Source: Gemmatimonas sp. | GTDB taxonomy: Bacteria; Gemmatimonadota; Gemmatimonadetes; Gemmatimonadales; Gemmatimonadaceae | Length of the DNA: 64,000 nt | Reading direction: 5' to 3' | Assembly (NCBI GenBank): GCA_965279375.1 | Contig: OZ257156.1 | Span: 1,248,001-1,312,000, forward strand | In this document: positions 19,182-28,968 of the stretch, piece after piece | Numbering within the stretch: the stretch's first letter is position 1 | How the letters are laid out: each line of letters starts with the position of its first letter | Translations under genes and position numbers: made by a program | Notes under the pieces: model-generated | What the model saw: only the letters and a program-made list of their open reading frames with translations | The model's database searches: none | What the model was told of the DNA's origin: nothing

Positions 19182-19694
19182 ATGCGGATCTCACGCGTGT
19201 GGTGCGGGCTCGGGTTGGTCGGAATCCTCACGTCGCCGGTGGCGGCGCAGGACCCCAACAGCGAAGGTGCGCTGGTCCCGGGGGCACGGGTCCGGTTCTC
19301 GGTCGTCGACCTCCAAAGTCCCGAGGCGTGGGCGGCCCGGCGCATGACGCTCAAGGGGACCGTGCTGTCGGCCCCGACCGATTCGCTCGTGATTCGCTAC
19401 GGCGGGGCGTCCGAGCTGAGTGTACGCCGCACGGCGATCACGGACCTGGCCGTGAGCCGGGGGACGGAGCCCGGCTGGCGCGCGCGCCCCGGCCGCACCG
19501 CGGTCCAAGTGGCCCTGACGCTGGCGCAAACCGCCCTCCTCGTGCGTGCCTTGCAAACGCGCGCCGACGCGAGCCCCTCGGCGCGGCGCTCGCCGCTCGT
19601 GCCGCTGATGGCGGGCACGCTCACCCTCCAAACCGCGCTCACCGCGAAGCTCGCGTTTGGACGGACAGAACGCTGGGAGCCCGTGGTACCCTAA
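19182..19694 (+). CDS. Secreted hypothetical protein
   Basis: signal peptide ending VAA-Q; GGAG RBS. Confidence 0.7.
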   Translation: MRISRVWCGLGLVGILTSPVAAQDPNSEGALVPGARVRFSVVDLQSPEAWAARRMTLKGTVLSAPTDSLVIRYGGASELSVRRTAITDLAVSRGTEPGWRARPGRTAVQVALTLAQTALLVRALQTRADASPSARRSPLVPLMAGTLTLQTALTAKLAFGRTERWEPVVP

Positions 19695-19729
19695 GGCTCG
19701 GCGCGCGTGGGCGCATCGACAGGAACGCC

Positions 19730-19839
19730 GCCTAACCTTGCGTTGCGGCAGACGGGGCCTTCAAGGATTGCCGACGGTTCGCTGCGCTCACTGTCGGCAT
19801 CCTATTGAAAGGCCCCGCTACCGAACGCGATCGTTAGGT
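19730..19839 (+). repeat. attC site (family A)
   Basis: GCCTAAC...GTTAGGT. Confidence 0.93.
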
Positions 19840-20009
19840 CGCATCGCAGCATAGTCTCGACGAATACGACTGTACCCACCTAGTGCGCGGTACGAGTAGA
19901 CATGACGTCTGGACTCATCGAGTCTCGGGCGATGTCCAGAGAGAATTCTGGGACAGGAACCGTTGTATGGAGCGAATTCGAGCTACCGACTCGTAGGGAG
20001 AATCGACCA

Positions 20010-20588
20010 ATGAAAGCCGCAGTACAGCTCGCATGGGTGGGCCTGATCCTTATCAGTACTCCGCTGGCTGTCACTCTGCGGAAAAGGACCGTTCGCGCTA
20101 CGACGCTGGCCGGCGCAGTCGCCGCGATCGATAGCGTCCATGACTGGTCGAAATGGATGGCGGGCATCCAGACAGCAGCACTCGCGGGGCTGAGCTTCTT
20201 CGTCTTCGGTAAGGACAGTCCAAAGCCGATCGAACTCTCTGGGTTCGGTCTGTTCTACGCGCTCGCAGCCTACGTCTTCCTAGGCTCAGCGCTTCTAGTC
20301 AGCGCATGGGTCCTTTCGTCGACGTCCTCCTTAGTCCTGCGGGCGCACGCTGAGGTAGCCACTGCATCGGCCGCCCGGCCCTCGTCAAGCAAACCTGACC
20401 CCGACTTTCTGACTAGGACGCAACAAGCCGGCGAACCGGTTCTAGCAGATCTCGACGTGTTCGAGCAGCCGATATATGCGGCCTACCCCTGGCCTCACCT
20501 CGGCTACATCCTAACGTTACAGCACGCGCTCTGGGCCGAAGGCCTTATCTGCGCAGCCCTCTTGGTCGGTTGGAGGCTCCTTGAATGA
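20010..20588 (+). CDS. Membrane protein
   Basis: GGGAG RBS; about 4 hydrophobic helices. Confidence 0.7.
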   Translation: MKAAVQLAWVGLILISTPLAVTLRKRTVRATTLAGAVAAIDSVHDWSKWMAGIQTAALAGLSFFVFGKDSPKPIELSGFGLFYALAAYVFLGSALLVSAWVLSSTSSLVLRAHAEVATASAARPSSSKPDPDFLTRTQQAGEPVLADLDVFEQPIYAAYPWPHLGYILTLQHALWAEGLICAALLVGWRLLE

Positions 20589-20790
20589 GCCTAGTTGCAC
20601 GTTGTAGTTGGCGCCGGTAACGCCACCTCTGCGACTGACGATCCACCGAGAGAATGGCCTGTGATGACGCGACTGAGGAGCCGACAAACTGGTGCCTCTC
20701 AGGGCACCCGTTGGACTGGATGCGTTGCGCTCGCTCGCGCACAAATCGAAAGCGGCGCCCCAATCCAACAGCGGTATCGCTGTGAATGCG

Positions 20791-20909
20791 ACCTAACCTT
20801 GCGTTGGTGCAGTCAGCCGCTCAGCGGTGCGCCGTGTAACTTCGGCGCTGGCGCACCTCCGTTCACGGCTTCCTATTTGAGCGGCTGCTGCACAACGCCA
20901 TCGTTAGGC
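20791..20909 (+). repeat. attC site (family B)
   Basis: ACCTAAC...GTTAGGC. Confidence 0.93.
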
Positions 20910-20995
20910 GCCACTCCACCCTTCGTGGCTCCTGCTTCGAACGTAGATGCTCCGGTCGTCGTACGCGCTGCGATTTCACGCCAGCCAGAGATCCG

Positions 20996-21784
20996 ATGTC
21001 CGCTACGCCAACCGGTTCTCAGGCCGCGATCCCGGCGCCGCCCACCACGACGCGGCCGACGGGGCGCGACGCGCACTATCTGTGGACCACGCTCGCCCTC
21101 GCGCTCGCGACCTTCGGCGGCTTCTGGTTCACGTACTTCGGCCCGCGCCTTGAGGGGACGTATCCGACGACCGCGGTCGCCGTGCATGTCCACGGCTGGA
21201 GCTTCTTCGGCTGGTATCTGCTGCTGCCGCTCCAGGCCGCGTTCATGCACACGCGGCGGGTGCAGCTGCATCGCACCCTCGGGTGGGCGAGCGTCGGGCT
21301 CGCGACCCTGATGGTCACCACGGGGCTCCTCGTCATCGGGGTGCAAATGCAGGCGGCGGCGTCGGCGGCGGAGCCCACGTTCTTCGCGCTCTTTGGCCCG
21401 ATGATCTTCGCCACGCTCCTGCTGTTCGCCGGGTTCTACGGGGCGGCGCTGCGGCTGCGGCGCAACGGGGCCTACCATAAACGCTTCATGCTGGTCGCCA
21501 GCGCCGCGGGCATGGGCGCCGCGATGTTTCGCTTGGTCGGCGCGCTGGTCGGCCAAGTCCTCTGGGCTGCGCCGGTCGGGATCCTCGCGACGAACCTGTT
21601 CCTGGTCTGGGGCATCGCCCACGATTATCGCCGCGACCAGCGCGTGCACCCGGCGTATCAGATCGGGTTCGCGGTCTGTATCGCGCTAGAAGCGGGGGCG
21701 TGGTTGCTGACGCCGACGCCGGTCGGCGCGGCGCTCGCGCGGGCCTTGGCGTGGGTGGGGCGCATCGGCGCGGGCTGGTACTAG
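20996..21784 (+). CDS. Polytopic membrane protein with conserved His residues
   Basis: HVHG, LHRTLG, HKRFML motifs; identical copy at 58080. Confidence 0.85.
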   Translation: MSATPTGSQAAIPAPPTTTRPTGRDAHYLWTTLALALATFGGFWFTYFGPRLEGTYPTTAVAVHVHGWSFFGWYLLLPLQAAFMHTRRVQLHRTLGWASVGLATLMVTTGLLVIGVQMQAAASAAEPTFFALFGPMIFATLLLFAGFYGAALRLRRNGAYHKRFMLVASAAGMGAAMFRLVGALVGQVLWAAPVGILATNLFLVWGIAHDYRRDQRVHPAYQIGFAVCIALEAGAWLLTPTPVGAALARALAWVGRIGAGWY

Positions 21785-21865
21785 GGTCGCGACACCGCCC
21801 GCGTGCGCCGGCCGCGCGCGGACTATCAACACCCCCGCGTGGTGGGAGCGTGTCCTAGTCGTGGC

Positions 21866-21976
21866 GCCTAACCTTGCGTTGCGCATGACAGGGCCGCGTC
21901 GGATGGCGGCCTGTTCGCTGGCGCTCACTGGCCGCAATTTATGGAAGGGCCCTGCAAGCGAACGCGCTCGTTAGGT
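21866..21976 (+). repeat. attC site (family A)
   Basis: GCCTAAC...GTTAGGT. Confidence 0.93.
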
Positions 21977-22202
21977 CGCTTAGCGCCATTTCGGATCATC
22001 GTCGGAGCAGGTGTTGCGCGGGCAACGACTGCGAACTCCCCCACCTACCAAGTGTGATCCTCCGCTTCGACCCGAGTGGCACCGCCCTCAGCTTGGCGAA
22101 GAGCGCTCGAATCTGTAGCATTGATGCCAGCGCGCATCGAATTCGTCGTAGACCGCCAGCGCCATCCATCGGCCAACAAGACCCACAAAGCAACCTGGAT
22201 CA

Positions 22203-23309
22203 ATGTCTCTTCAAGACCAGATCAACACGGTTCGAGCTCAGGTCCGAACTGACGGATACCCCGTTTCGATCGGCGAATGGATCAGCATCTATGAGAAGAG
22301 CGAAGTCGATATCCATCCGGAGTTTCAGCGATTCTTCCGCTGGTCTGTAAAGCAGAAGTCTCGTCTGATTGAGTCCATCCTCCTGGGCATACCAATTCCG
22401 CAGGTTTTCGTCGCGCAACGACCAGATGGAGTCTGGGATGTCGTTGATGGCGTGCAGCGCCTCTCGACCATCTTTCAGTTTGCCGGCATCCTGCGGAGCG
22501 AAGATGGCTCGGTCCTTCCACCACTCGTCTTAGAATCGACTAAGTACCTACCAGCTCTCGCTGGAAAGCGGTGGGAGGATGAAGCACATCCAGAGCAAGC
22601 ATTTACGGCGGCGCAGCGCCTCATCGTGAAGCGCTCGAAGATCGATGTGAGCATCATCCTCCATGAGAGCGACGACTCCGCAAAATACGAACTCTTCCAA
22701 CGGCTTAACGCCGGCGGGTCGCAGCTCTCAGATCAAGAGCTACGCAACAGCATTATCGTGATGCTAAATCGCGACTTCTACGCATGGATGGAGAATCTCG
22801 CGAAAGACGCGAACTTCCTCGAGTGCGTCGGCCTTTCCGATCGCGCGATGGAGGAACGATACGAGATGGAGCTCGTACTTCGATTCATCGCGCTCCGAAC
22901 CGCTACGCAATCAACTCTCTCAAGTCTTGGAGACCTTGGGGAGTTCCTCACGGCGAGTGCAGCGTCTCTCGCTCAGGACAAGGAGTTCGATAGAGCCGGA
23001 GAAGAGGCGGCATTTCGAGAGACGTTTGCAATTCTCTCAAAAGAACTCGGCTCTGATTCGTTTCGCCGCTTCGAGAAGGCAAGAAGTCGCTTCCTCGGCG
23101 GATTCTCGGTATCCGCGTATGAGGCAGTGGCACTTGGCATCGGCTACAACTCAAAGATCATTGGCGAAGAGCCAGTTGAGATCGTCACCAAGACTCAGTC
23201 AATCTGGAGTAACTCGGAGTTCATCTATAATTCCGGATCCGGAATTCGTGCTTCAACTCGAATTCCGAAGATCGTTCCATTTGGGCGTAAACTGTTCGCG
23301 CCATCATGA
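22203..23309 (+). CDS. DUF262 (ParB-like/GmrS N-terminal) protein
   Basis: PEFQR.FRW, LIESILLGIPIP, VVDGVQRL, FQRLN. Confidence 0.92.
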   Translation: MSLQDQINTVRAQVRTDGYPVSIGEWISIYEKSEVDIHPEFQRFFRWSVKQKSRLIESILLGIPIPQVFVAQRPDGVWDVVDGVQRLSTIFQFAGILRSEDGSVLPPLVLESTKYLPALAGKRWEDEAHPEQAFTAAQRLIVKRSKIDVSIILHESDDSAKYELFQRLNAGGSQLSDQELRNSIIVMLNRDFYAWMENLAKDANFLECVGLSDRAMEERYEMELVLRFIALRTATQSTLSSLGDLGEFLTASAASLAQDKEFDRAGEEAAFRETFAILSKELGSDSFRRFEKARSRFLGGFSVSAYEAVALGIGYNSKIIGEEPVEIVTKTQSIWSNSEFIYNSGSGIRASTRIPKIVPFGRKLFAPS

Positions 23310-23950
23310 TCCGGACAGGCGAACAGCTAGATGATGCAATTGCCGCCGACCTTATTTGGCGCAAGAAGGAGTTGTCCGCGCTTCGTGCGCTTGTGCAAGG
23401 GAGCGCTACTGCGCCCGAGCGTCATCGAGCGTTACTGAGATCAGCTGTGGCGATCCTATACGCTAACTGGGAAGGGTTTGTTCGCTCAGCTGCCTGCTCG
23501 TACTTGGAGTACGTCGCGTTCCAGCGATTGAAGTACGCCGAGCTTGCACCAAGCTTTGTGGCGTTGGCCGCCAAGAAACTATTCCGCGCAGGTGACGACT
23601 CGCGGCGAATTCAAGCCCACGTGAAGGTGACTGAGTTCTTCCGCAATCACCAGAACGACAGAGCCGTCGTACCGTATAAGGAGGGGATCTCGACGGAATC
23701 GAATCTGTCTTCCGAGGTCCTTGAGAACATCGTTTGCACACTCAGTCTCGATTATTCACTGTTCGAGCTCAAGCGACACATTGTTGATTCACTACTCGGC
23801 AAGCGCAATGCGATTGCGCACGGAGAGTATGCGACCGTCGACCTCGCAGACTTCGAAACCCTGTATGCTGAGATGACTGGCATGCTCGAACTCTTTCGAA
23901 ATGCGATTTCGAACGCCGCTAGCTCGGACTCGTACCGCAGGGCAGCGTAA
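23306..23950 (+). CDS. HEPN RNase (MAE_28990/RiboL-PSP-like)
   Basis: LYANWEGFV, SNL, KRNAIAHG; ATGA overlap with DUF262 gene. Confidence 0.88.
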   Translation: MIRTGEQLDDAIAADLIWRKKELSALRALVQGSATAPERHRALLRSAVAILYANWEGFVRSAACSYLEYVAFQRLKYAELAPSFVALAAKKLFRAGDDSRRIQAHVKVTEFFRNHQNDRAVVPYKEGISTESNLSSEVLENIVCTLSLDYSLFELKRHIVDSLLGKRNAIAHGEYATVDLADFETLYAEMTGMLELFRNAISNAASSDSYRRAA

Positions 23951-23972
23951 GCAGGCTTAGGCTCGGGGCGCG

Positions 23973-24082
23973 ACCTAACCTTGCGTTGCTGCTGACAAGG
24001 CCTTCAAAGTAGCGGCCTTGCTCGCTGCGCTCGCTGGCCGCAACGTTTGGAAGGGCCTTGCAGCAGAACGCGAGCGTTAGAC
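23973..24082 (+). repeat. attC site (family A)
   Basis: ACCTAAC...GTTAGAC. Confidence 0.93.
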
Positions 24083-24116
24083 CGTGCACCAACATTCTCT
24101 CAATCGGCTGTCTCTC

Positions 24117-24644
24117 ATGTCTCCATGGTCGTCTCTTCGAGCGCTCTGCTTGACGACGATGCTTCCAAGTGCTGCGTACGGTCAGCTCCAGCTGCATCCG
24201 CCCTCGGATAGTCTGACCGTGGAATTCGCGTCGGTGGCAGCCTTCGAGATCGTGGCATCCCATCTGGCCCGCGCCGCGCAGGGCCAACGACAGGCCTGGG
24301 TCATCTCAGTGCCGGCGCAGCCCGCGACGGCGCGCTGGACGCGCTTGGCGACGCATCTGCGGGTCGCACTCGCCGCACGCGATACGACCCCGCAGGACTC
24401 GATCCGGATGACGCTCGAGATTGCGCCGGTGCGGGTGGTCGGCGATACCCTCATCGGCGGGATTCATCTCGGGCGGCTGCAACGCTGTGCGGGGACGTGG
24501 CGGGCGAACAGCACCCGCTACGATGTGCGCGTGCTGGGGCAGACGGGCTCGGTCGGTAGTCCGGAGGTCTCGTGGGAGAGTGAGTCCTACTCGGCGCCGT
24601 GCGTGGCCGCCCCGGCCCGAAAGCGTCCTGCTCCGAGCGCGTAA
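24117..24644 (+). CDS. Secreted hypothetical protein
   Basis: signal-peptide-like N-terminus (AYG-Q); start uncertain. Confidence 0.6.
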   Translation: MSPWSSLRALCLTTMLPSAAYGQLQLHPPSDSLTVEFASVAAFEIVASHLARAAQGQRQAWVISVPAQPATARWTRLATHLRVALAARDTTPQDSIRMTLEIAPVRVVGDTLIGGIHLGRLQRCAGTWRANSTRYDVRVLGQTGSVGSPEVSWESESYSAPCVAAPARKRPAPSA

Positions 24645-24743
24645 GGTACTGCTGCCTCGAGGGCACGCGGTCGGTGCGTGCGGTTTCCGGTGAGCGCGTG
24701 CCACCGGACAGGCTCGGGGGGCCCAGAATCGGAGGGCTGCACG

Positions 24744-24856
24744 GTCTAACCTTGCGTTGCGCTTGACAGGGCCTTCAAGGACTGCGGCCTATTGCTCGCT
24801 GCGCTCGCTGGCCGCATCCTGTTGAAGGGCCCTGCAAGCGAACGCGAACGTTAGCG
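24744..24856 (+). repeat. attC site (family A)
   Basis: GTCTAAC...GTTAGCG. Confidence 0.93.
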
Positions 24857-24882
24857 AGCAACTACATCTGAGCTGCGTCAGA

Positions 24883-25275
24883 ATGCCAATTTCGCTCGTT
24901 GTCCTGTCGCTGTTCCAGCTGTCGGTAGCGCGGGTCGACTCGTGTCCGCCCACGCCAGCCACCGGCCGGGCACCCGCGTGGTTCGAGTTTCAGGTCGACC
25001 GTCCGGCGCGATGGAGCGGGTCTGACTCAACACTCCCGTATCCGGACACCTCGCTCGCGGGGCGCGATCTATTCTTCGAAGATCTCGCCTTGGTTCAGTT
25101 CATTGTCGACACGGCGGGGGTTCCAGTGTCTCAATCGCTGAGGGTCCTTCGGCGTCCGGACAGTCTCACAGTCGCGACTGTGCGCGCCTCCCTCTCGCGT
25201 TGGCGCTACGAGCCAGCGATCGCGCTCACTTGCAAGGTGCCGCAGCTAGTCCAGACGTCACTAAGATGGAGATAG
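24883..25275 (+). CDS. TonB C-terminal-like protein
   Basis: YP...VQFIVDTAG...WRYEPA...VPQLVQ. Confidence 0.7.
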   Translation: MPISLVVLSLFQLSVARVDSCPPTPATGRAPAWFEFQVDRPARWSGSDSTLPYPDTSLAGRDLFFEDLALVQFIVDTAGVPVSQSLRVLRRPDSLTVATVRASLSRWRYEPAIALTCKVPQLVQTSLRWR

Positions 25276-25393
25276 GTCGTGAACCAGGCGGAGCTAACGA
25301 TCTGTTGCGCGAACTGCCTCCTTGTGTGATCGCCATTTGATGGTCGCACGCACAATGCGCCCGATTCCCCCTGCATCCCCAAGTTGCGATTCC

Positions 25394-25879
25394 ATGGCCG
25401 AACAGATTCAAGTGGCGCTAATTGCGGTTGGCGGTGTGGTTGTCGGGAGCATTCTTAACGCGGTCGTGCAGTTCTTCGTTACCCGCCAGATGCTTCGAGC
25501 GGAGCGAGAAAGGCTGCGTGACCAACTGAACGGCGAATTCCGGTTGCGCATGCTCGAACGTCGGACCGATCGCGCGATCGACATCGTGGCCGAGTTAGTA
25601 ACGATCTCCGACCCGGTCATCAACCAAGAGATCGACTACGCCACTGCCATTCGCCTAGTCCACAGGGTGCAGTTGCTCTTGGATCGAAAGAACCCACTGG
25701 AAGGAAAGCTAAATGATCGAATCAACGCGCTCGGACTAGCCCTCGCCGAACACACGAACTCCCCGGATGCGGGTATGGTACCCGAGCGGCTGCGCGGAGC
25801 CAGTCTGATGCAGGTACATGGCGAAGTAATTGATGCGATGCAGGCAGTCGTGGTCGCGACGGGATCCGTTGCTCGCTAA
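25394..25879 (+). CDS. Hypothetical protein with N-terminal TM helix
   Basis: hydrophobic N-terminus; TAA in R''. Confidence 0.65.
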   Translation: MAEQIQVALIAVGGVVVGSILNAVVQFFVTRQMLRAERERLRDQLNGEFRLRMLERRTDRAIDIVAELVTISDPVINQEIDYATAIRLVHRVQLLLDRKNPLEGKLNDRINALGLALAEHTNSPDAGMVPERLRGASLMQVHGEVIDAMQAVVVATGSVAR

Positions 25880-25984
25880 CAGTGCGTTGCTGCAGTCGGC
25901 GGCTTCAAGGATTGCGGCCTTGCTCGCGATGCTCGCCGGCCGCAACCTATTGAAAGCCGCCGCTGCAGAACGCAATCGTTAGGT
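25874..25984 (+). repeat. attC site (family A variant)
   Basis: CGCTAAC...GTTAGGT. Confidence 0.92.
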
Positions 25985-26079
25985 GGCCCACTGGCTTTCG
26001 TGGTACGTTGCGCGCGGGTTACTCCTCGTCCTGACATCCAGCGTCGTTCATCCCGAGCAACATCCCGCGCGAGACCCCC

Positions 26080-27027
26080 ATGGCGATCCCTTCAACGCTG
26101 CTCGTCGCCTGCTGGGATGATGGGGTGCACGTCTTCGACGGGGCGGACCGTCGACACGAACTCGCCGGGCGCGGCGTGCGGGGCCTCGCCCGCGACGCGG
26201 CCGGTCGCGCGCTGGCCCTGGTGGATGGCCAGTCGCTGTGTTGCCGCACCGCGCCCGGCGCATGGACCGTCCTCGCCCAGAGCGACGTTTCGCTGGCGTG
26301 TGTGCTGGCCGTCGGCGCGCGGGTCTACGTCGGGACCGATGACGCGCGCGTGCTCCAGCTGAGCGACACCGGCGTGCTCGAGCCCCTCGCGAGCTTCGAC
26401 GATGTGCCGGGGCGGTCGTCGTGGTTCGCCGGCGGCGCGTGGGTGGATGGCGTGTGGATGGGCCCGCCCCTTGGCGTACGCTCCCTCACGGCCACCGCCG
26501 ACGGGACGGCGCTCTTGGCGAACGTGCACGTGGGCGGCATTCCGCGATCCGGCGATGGGGGCGCCACGTGGCACGCCACAATTGCGGTCGAGTGCGACGT
26601 GCATCAAGTCCTCGCCCATCCTACAGATCCCGACCTCGTCATTGCCGCGACGGCGCGGGGCCTCGGCGTGAGTCGGGACCGGGGGCAGACGTGGACGATT
26701 GAGACCGCGGGCCTCACCGCGCCCTACTGCAGCGCGGTGCGGTTCGTGGGCGCGGACGTGCTCGTGTCGGCGTCCGCCGACCACTTTGCGCCAGACGGTG
26801 GCGTCTATCGCCGTCCCAGCGCCTCGCTCGGGGCACTGGTTCCGGTACACGCGGGGTTCCCGCGCGCCACGGCCGGCATCGTCGACACCGGCTGCATGGA
26901 CACGCACGCCGCGACCGTCGCCATCGCCGATCACGGCGGCAATGTTTACGTGTCGACAGACGATGGCGGTACGTGGGCGGTCCGTGCCCGTGGGCTGTCG
27001 GCGCCGAGTAGTGTGCTCGTCCTCTGA
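26080..27027 (+). CDS. BNR/Asp-box beta-propeller protein
   Basis: SGDGGATW, SRDRGQTW, STDDGGTW. Confidence 0.85.
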   Translation: MAIPSTLLVACWDDGVHVFDGADRRHELAGRGVRGLARDAAGRALALVDGQSLCCRTAPGAWTVLAQSDVSLACVLAVGARVYVGTDDARVLQLSDTGVLEPLASFDDVPGRSSWFAGGAWVDGVWMGPPLGVRSLTATADGTALLANVHVGGIPRSGDGGATWHATIAVECDVHQVLAHPTDPDLVIAATARGLGVSRDRGQTWTIETAGLTAPYCSAVRFVGADVLVSASADHFAPDGGVYRRPSASLGALVPVHAGFPRATAGIVDTGCMDTHAATVAIADHGGNVYVSTDDGGTWAVRARGLSAPSSVLVL

Positions 27028-27061
27028 CGGCGCACGCGGCGAGGAGTTTGGCGGCACGGCC

Positions 27062-27172
27062 ACCTAACCTTGCGTTGCGCTTGACAGGGCCGTCAAGGAT
27101 GGCGGCCTGTTCGCTGGCGCTCACTGGCCGCAATTTATGGTAGGGCCCTGCAAGCGAACGCGATCGTTAGCC
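27062..27172 (+). repeat. attC site (family A)
   Basis: ACCTAAC...GTTAGCC. Confidence 0.93.
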
Positions 27173-27232
27173 AGCGCGACTGGTCCACTCACAATGTCAG
27201 TCTCACATTCAGCGCGATCCGGAACTACGCCA

Positions 27233-28108
27233 ATGACCACGCCGTCGATCTTCATGAGTCACAGCTCTCGAGACAAGTTCTTTGTCCGCGAGCTTGCAAC
27301 CCGACTTGAGCAAGCCGGTGTTCGCGTCTGGCTGGACGAGGCGGAGATGAACATCGGCGATTCGTTGACGCAAAAGATTGGGGATGCCATTCTCCGGACA
27401 GACTTCGTTGCAGCAGTGCTTTCTCACAACTCGATCGCCTCTGAGTGGGTGCAGCGAGAGCTTCAGGTCGCGCTCCAGAAGGAATTCTCGGGCAAGCGTG
27501 TGGTTGTGCTGCCTATCCTGCTAGAACCAGTAGCAATTCCGCCATTCCTAGCAGACAAGCTCTACGCGGATTTCACCACGCCGGACAAGGCCGAGAGCGG
27601 CATCAAGAGTATTCTCCGTGCGGTTGGAGTATCAGCTGAGGTGCAGCGAACAGTACCGCAGCCAGTAGCCTCTCCGGCAGCGCCGTTGAAGCTGTCAGAG
27701 GCGGAACGGAGACTGGCTCTCTTTGAGGACCTTCGTATCGTTGGACTAGACGAAGAGAGATCCTTCAAACCGAATCCGCAGAAGGCGCTCTATCACATGT
27801 ACCTCCAGCTGTCAGGCCAACCAGCGTCAGAGTGGCAGCAGATATTCGACGCCGAGCGGCGGTTTCCACGCCACTCGATGTGGCGTCGCGCTTGGATCGA
27901 AGGTGCCTTTGTCATCGTCCATTGCGTACCGGACGAACTCGAAAGGCATCACTTGGAAGACCTGAAGGAGGACGTTCGAAACGCCAACGTGAAGTTCCGT
28001 GAGTACCTCACCGAACAGGCTCGCCGTCAGGCAATCGAACGCGAGAAGGGGCAAAGGGAGCAGAATAGCATCCGGGATCTCAAGGGTCGCCTAGACTTCG
28101 ATAGGTGA
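27233..28108 (+). CDS. TIR-domain protein with uncharacterised C-terminal domain
   Basis: IFMSHSSRDK, VWLD, SEWVQRELQVAL, LYADF. Confidence 0.9.
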   Translation: MTTPSIFMSHSSRDKFFVRELATRLEQAGVRVWLDEAEMNIGDSLTQKIGDAILRTDFVAAVLSHNSIASEWVQRELQVALQKEFSGKRVVVLPILLEPVAIPPFLADKLYADFTTPDKAESGIKSILRAVGVSAEVQRTVPQPVASPAAPLKLSEAERRLALFEDLRIVGLDEERSFKPNPQKALYHMYLQLSGQPASEWQQIFDAERRFPRHSMWRRAWIEGAFVIVHCVPDELERHHLEDLKEDVRNANVKFREYLTEQARRQAIEREKGQREQNSIRDLKGRLDFDR

Positions 28109-28126
28109 CGATCTGCGTGGGGCGCT

Positions 28127-28239
28127 GGCTAACCTTGCGTTGCGCTTGACAGGGCCTTCAAAGATTGCGGCCAATTGCTCGCTGCGCTCGCTGGCCGCAA
28201 CTTGTTGAAGGGCCCTGCAAGCGAACGCAATCGTTAGGC
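28127..28239 (+). repeat. attC site (family A)
   Basis: GGCTAAC...GTTAGGC. Confidence 0.93.
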
Positions 28240-28579
28240 GGACTACTGGCCACGCGAACCCCGCGCGCTCCCGCTTCCAAAGAGCCGAATGTCGTGGGTG
28301 TCATCTCCTCGCTCCGCATGCACAAGCGCGTTTTTGCGGGATGCAGTGCCTCCCCCGTGGGAACGACGCGCATCGGTCAGCGATCACCTCAGCCACCTCG
28401 GGGCGCTGGTTCCTCGGGGCCCGAACGGCCGAGACCGTCCGAGCCGGTATCCCCAATCGTAGGGGTACATTTTGCGGATACTAGCGGCTCTCGAAGCCCT
28501 TCGAGTTCGCGCCGGCAGAACTAGGGGAAGCGAGAAGAACCTGCCGATCGGTACGTCAGAGATCAGACGAATGTTCCCA

Positions 28580-28620
28580 TTGCGGTAACAAGACCACTTG
28601 TGTATAATACCGAATCGGTA
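28580..28620 (+). promoter_or_regulatory. sigma70-like promoter TTGCGG-17-TATAAT with palindrome TACCGA-A-TCGGTA
   Basis: read directly; lies upstream of higB. Confidence 0.65.
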
Positions 28621-28668
28621 AAGCACAAGGTGTTCGAATGCCCGTCGAAATCGGATTGGTACCCATAG

Positions 28669-28956
28669 ATGGACGTCGTAGGACTGAATCACGTACACGA
28701 CTTCGTAAAACGGCACCCTGAGTGCCGGCAGGAGCTGTCCGAACTCATTAGGGAGCTCGAGGACTCGACGTTCGCGACACCGCACGCCCTGTCCGCGCGA
28801 TATCCATCGTGCAAGATCTTGGATGGGCGGACGATCGTCTTCAAGGTTCGGGGCAACAAGTATCGACTAAGCGCGAAGATCGCGTATAACACACAGAAGG
28901 TGCTCATCCAGGCGGTAGAAACTCACGCCGAATATGACCGACGCACCCTTCGTTAG
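28669..28956 (+). CDS. higB: HigB (RelE-fold) toxin
   Basis: IVFKVRGNKYRL...THAEYDR. Confidence 0.88.
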   Translation: MDVVGLNHVHDFVKRHPECRQELSELIRELEDSTFATPHALSARYPSCKILDGRTIVFKVRGNKYRLSAKIAYNTQKVLIQAVETHAEYDRRTLR

Positions 28957-28968
28957 AGAATTTCAGAA

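Noticed and set aside
25292..25310. AGCTAACGATCTGTTGCGC as a second fossil attC
   Set aside because: R''-like start only; no apex or R' half recognisable
26092..27063. Long antisense ORFs (also 1427, 6699, 20873, 33525, 34603, 51890, 53332)
   Set aside because: Shadow frames of real genes on the opposite strand
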